From: a phage
Sequence record: PZ379184.1
Length of the DNA: 39,711 nucleotides
Direction: 5' to 3' (one strand)
Position 1 is the stretch's first letter. Each line of letters opens with the position of its first letter. Position numbers and translations under genes: made by a program. The notes under the pieces are model-generated. The model did no database searches. It had not been told where the DNA came from and was given only the letters and a program-made list of their open reading frames with translations. Below, piece by piece: positions 37,094 to 39,711 of this stretch.

Positions 37094-38853
37094 GTAAAGA
37101 TTTAGTGGCGCGTCAGGCGCTAATGACTGCCCGTATGAAGGCAGACTTCGTGTTCTTCCTGTTCGTCCTGTGGAAAGCTCTGTCACTACCAGTCCCGACT
37201 CGCTGTCAGATTGACATGGCGAAGAAACTATCGGCTGGGGACAACAGGCGTTTCATCCTACAGGCGTTCCGTGGTATCGGGAAGTCATTCATTACGTGCG
37301 CATTCGTGGTATGGAAACTGTGGAACAACCCAGACTTGAAGTTCATGATTGTGTCGGCCTCAAAGGAACGAGCCGATGCGAACTCCATCTTCATCAAGCG
37401 AATCATCGACCTCATGCCTCAGCTTCAGGAACTTAAACCTAAGCAGGGGCAGCGAGATGCGGTTATCAGCTTCGACGTTGGACCAGCCAAGCCAGATCAC
37501 TCACCTTCGGTTAAGTCCGTTGGTATCACTGGTCAGTTGACTGGTAGTCGTGCTGACATCCTGATTGCCGATGACGTGGAGGTTCCGAACAACTCAGCGA
37601 CTCAGGCTGCACGAGACCGTCTGTCAGAGCTTGTGAAAGAGTTCGACGCTATCCTGAAGCCGGGAGGTACAATCATCTATCTGGGTACTCCTCAGAACGA
37701 GATGACCTTGTATCGTGAGCTGGAAGGCCGAGGATACACCACTACTATCTGGCCTGCTCGTTATCCACGCGATAAGAAGGACTGGCAGTCTTACGGCGAC
37801 CGTCTGGCTCCTATGCTTCAGGCAGAGCTGGAAGAGGACCCTGAGTCCTTCTACTGGCGTCCGACCGATGAAGTACGATTCGATGATACGGACCTGAAGG
37901 AACGTGAGCTGTCCTATGGTAAAGCTGGATTCGCTCTACAGTTCATGCTTAACCCAAACCTGAGTGATGCTGAGAAGTACCCTCTGAAGCTCCGTGACCT
38001 TATCGTAGCCGACTTGGACCCAGCGTCTAGCCCAATGGTATACCAATGGCTTCCTAACCCTCAGAACAAGCGTGAGGACGTTCCTAACGTTGGACTCATG
38101 GGTGACTCATACCACACGTATCAGACTGTAGGTTCTGCCTTCAGCTCATACACCCAGAAGATTCTGGTCATTGACCCTAGTGGTCGTGGTAAGGATGAAA
38201 CTGGTTATGCGGTACTGTACCAGCTCAACGGCTACATCTTCGCTATGGAAGTTGGTGGTATGCGTGGTGGCTATGAAGACTCTACGCTGGAAGCATTGGC
38301 TAAGATTGGTCGTAAGTGGAAGGTCAACGAATACGTCATTGAGGGTAACTTCGGCGATGGTATGTACCTTGAGCTATTCAAGCCTGTAGCGGCCCGTATT
38401 CATCCTGCTGCTGTAACTGAAGTGAAGAGTAAGGGTCAGAAGGAACTCCGCATCTGTGACGTTCTGGAGCCTATCATGGGGTCTCACCGACTTATCGTCA
38501 ACGCTGCTGCTATAGTCCAAGACTACCAGACAGCCTCTGACAAGGATGGAGTGCGTAACCCTATCTACTCTCTCTTCTATCAGATGACCCGTATCTCTCG
38601 TGAACGTGGAGCCTTGGCACACGATGACCGACTTGATGCGCTGGCTATCGGTGTACAGTTCTTCGTTGAGTCTATGGCTAAGGATGCCAACAAAGGCGAA
38701 CGTGAAGTCACTGAGGAGTGGCTGGAGGAACAGATGGAGAACCCACGGAAAGGCTTCGAGTCCATCCACACTGAGTTCTGGGACAATGGGGTCCGGGTGA
38801 CTCACGATACGGACGACGGGCTGGGACTAGGGTCCTACGTTACGTTCCACTAG
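37090..38853 (+). CDS. 19: Terminase large subunit (T7 gp19 homolog); probable TTG start
   Basis: Collinear with recalled T7 gp19 ([106 protein letters not shown]). SD GGAGG 7 nt before TTG 37090. Confidence 0.95.
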   Translation: MSKDLVARQALMTARMKADFVFFLFVLWKALSLPVPTRCQIDMAKKLSAGDNRRFILQAFRGIGKSFITCAFVVWKLWNNPDLKFMIVSASKERADANSIFIKRIIDLMPQLQELKPKQGQRDAVISFDVGPAKPDHSPSVKSVGITGQLTGSRADILIADDVEVPNNSATQAARDRLSELVKEFDAILKPGGTIIYLGTPQNEMTLYRELEGRGYTTTIWPARYPRDKKDWQSYGDRLAPMLQAELEEDPESFYWRPTDEVRFDDTDLKERELSYGKAGFALQFMLNPNLSDAEKYPLKLRDLIVADLDPASSPMVYQWLPNPQNKREDVPNVGLMGDSYHTYQTVGSAFSSYTQKILVIDPSGRGKDETGYAVLYQLNGYIFAMEVGGMRGGYEDSTLEALAKIGRKWKVNEYVIEGNFGDGMYLELFKPVAARIHPAAVTEVKSKGQKELRICDVLEPIMGSHRLIVNAAAIVQDYQTASDKDGVRNPIYSLFYQMTRISRERGALAHDDRLDALAIGVQFFVESMAKDANKGEREVTEEWLEEQMENPRKGFESIHTEFWDNGVRVTHDTDDGLGLGSYVTFH

Positions 38854-38947
38854 CTGAATGAATAACTATAGGCGAAAACTGAGTTAATAAGCAGTTAGTA
38901 ACCTATAGTTACTACCAGTCTAACCTACTGTTTTACAAGGAGTTTGG

Positions 38948-38970
38948 ACTTAACTATCACTATAGGGAAG
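38948..38970 (+). promoter_or_regulatory. Phage RNAP promoter near the right end (phiOR position)
   Basis: TTAACTATCACTATAGGGAAG. Confidence 0.8.
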
Positions 38971-39149
38971 ACCCCCGGTTACTTATAGTATTACTATAGT
39001 GAATATACATATGCAGACTTTATGCAAGACCTTAGGAGGCAGACTCCGAGTTCTTACCTAAGGCTTGCACCGATGGGAGGAGGTGATATTAATCATAATA
39101 CCTCCAATACAGATAGTCACAGACCATAGATACAGGAGGTATGTAGCAT

Positions 39150-39308
39150 ATGGCAAAGACCAAAGCTGTACTTAAAGCTCTGGCGACCAATCGAGCTACA
39201 TACAGGTTTCTTGCTGCTGTTCTACTTGCTGCTGGCGTTACTGCTGGAAGTCAGTGGGTCGGGTGGGTCGAGACTCTCGTATGTTCTCTGGTGTCTGAGT
39301 GTCGTTAA
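39150..39308 (+). CDS. Hypothetical small membrane protein (52 aa), gene 19.5 position
   Basis: SD AGGAGG before ATG; hydrophobic stretch FLAAVLLAAGVTAG. Confidence 0.5.
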   Translation: MAKTKAVLKALATNRATYRFLAAVLLAAGVTAGSQWVGWVETLVCSLVSECR

Positions 39309-39468
39309 CGCCGTAATGGTAACAATCAACGAAAGCAAGACCTAAGGTCAGTTCATAGCTGACGCTACTCTACTGACCTTAGCTACTGTAGTCAAGGACT
39401 TTAGGTAACACCTTAATAGAAGCTCACTTAGGGTCATCCTACTTATTGGTCTATCCTAGTGTCGCCTG

Positions 39469-39507
39469 ACCTACGGTCCTTGACCTACAGTGGCTGTGGC
39501 CTACAGT
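39469..39507. repeat. Right-end short repeats (CCTACGGTC / CCTACAGTG / CCTACAGTA), counterpart of the 175-297 array
   Basis: Same motif family as the left end, read directly. Confidence 0.6.
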
Positions 39508-39545
39508 AGTGACGATGAGTTTTGGACCAAAAGTTTGAGACCACA

Positions 39546-39608
39546 TCTCACAGTTCAAGAACCTCAAGTCTCCCCATAGGCCCTCTTTCAGTCCAGACAA
39601 AGGCCCTA
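39546..39608. repeat. Right copy of the terminal repeat, starting TCTCACAGT as in T7; only 63 bp of it present here
   Basis: 39558-39608 equals 1-51; TCTCACAGTTCA matches the recalled first bases of the T7 genome (TCTCACAGTGTA). Confidence 0.7.
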
Positions 39609-39711
39609 TGAAGCGGCGCACGAAAAACGCGAAAGCGTTTCACGATAAATGCGAAAACTTCATGCCACCTGTTGAGTAGTGAGGTTAAACACCCAACATG
39701 CAACTGAAATC
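39609..39711. other. 103 bp of unassigned sequence after the truncated terminal repeat, not found elsewhere in the window
   Basis: Identity to the left end stops at 39608; contains palindrome AAACGCGAAAGCGTTT. Confidence 0.5.

Noticed and set aside
38865-39000. Additional CTATAG-containing sequences near the right end (AACTATAGGCG, CCTATAGTTAC, ACTATAGTGAA)
   Set aside because: They lack the ATCAC block of the promoter consensus; probably degenerate remnants or part of the end-repeat system rather than promoters.

Overview
The window is essentially a complete genome of a T7-like lytic podophage (Autographiviridae, T7 supergroup). All genes are on the + strand in T7 order: early anti-defence region, single-subunit RNA polymerase, DNA metabolism genes, virion genes, lysis and packaging genes. 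Eleven phage promoters share the consensus TAAACTATCACTATAGGGA, which differs from the T7 promoter at the specificity positions -12 to -8. Also present are a sigma70 early promoter, TE-like and Tphi-like terminators, conserved RNase III-type processing elements, and short repeat arrays flanking a terminal repeat. Main departures from T7: (1) the DNA polymerase gene is split by a 598-bp group I intron carrying an HNH homing endonuclease; (2) the early region lacks the gp0.7 kinase and instead holds an Ocr-like DNA mimic with a C-terminal extension plus six uncharacterised small genes; (3) extra small genes sit between endonuclease I and lysozyme, at the gp5.9 position, between Tphi and gene 11, and between genes 11 and 12 (ASCH-like); (4) the tail fibre has a conserved N-terminal adaptor fused to a divergent, AT-richer C-terminal domain; (5) the right end keeps terminal-repeat homology for only about 63 bp before 103 bp of unrelated sequence. 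No tRNA, CRISPR array or integrase was seen. Coordinates were hand-counted and similarity statements rest on recalled T7 proteins, not on a database search.
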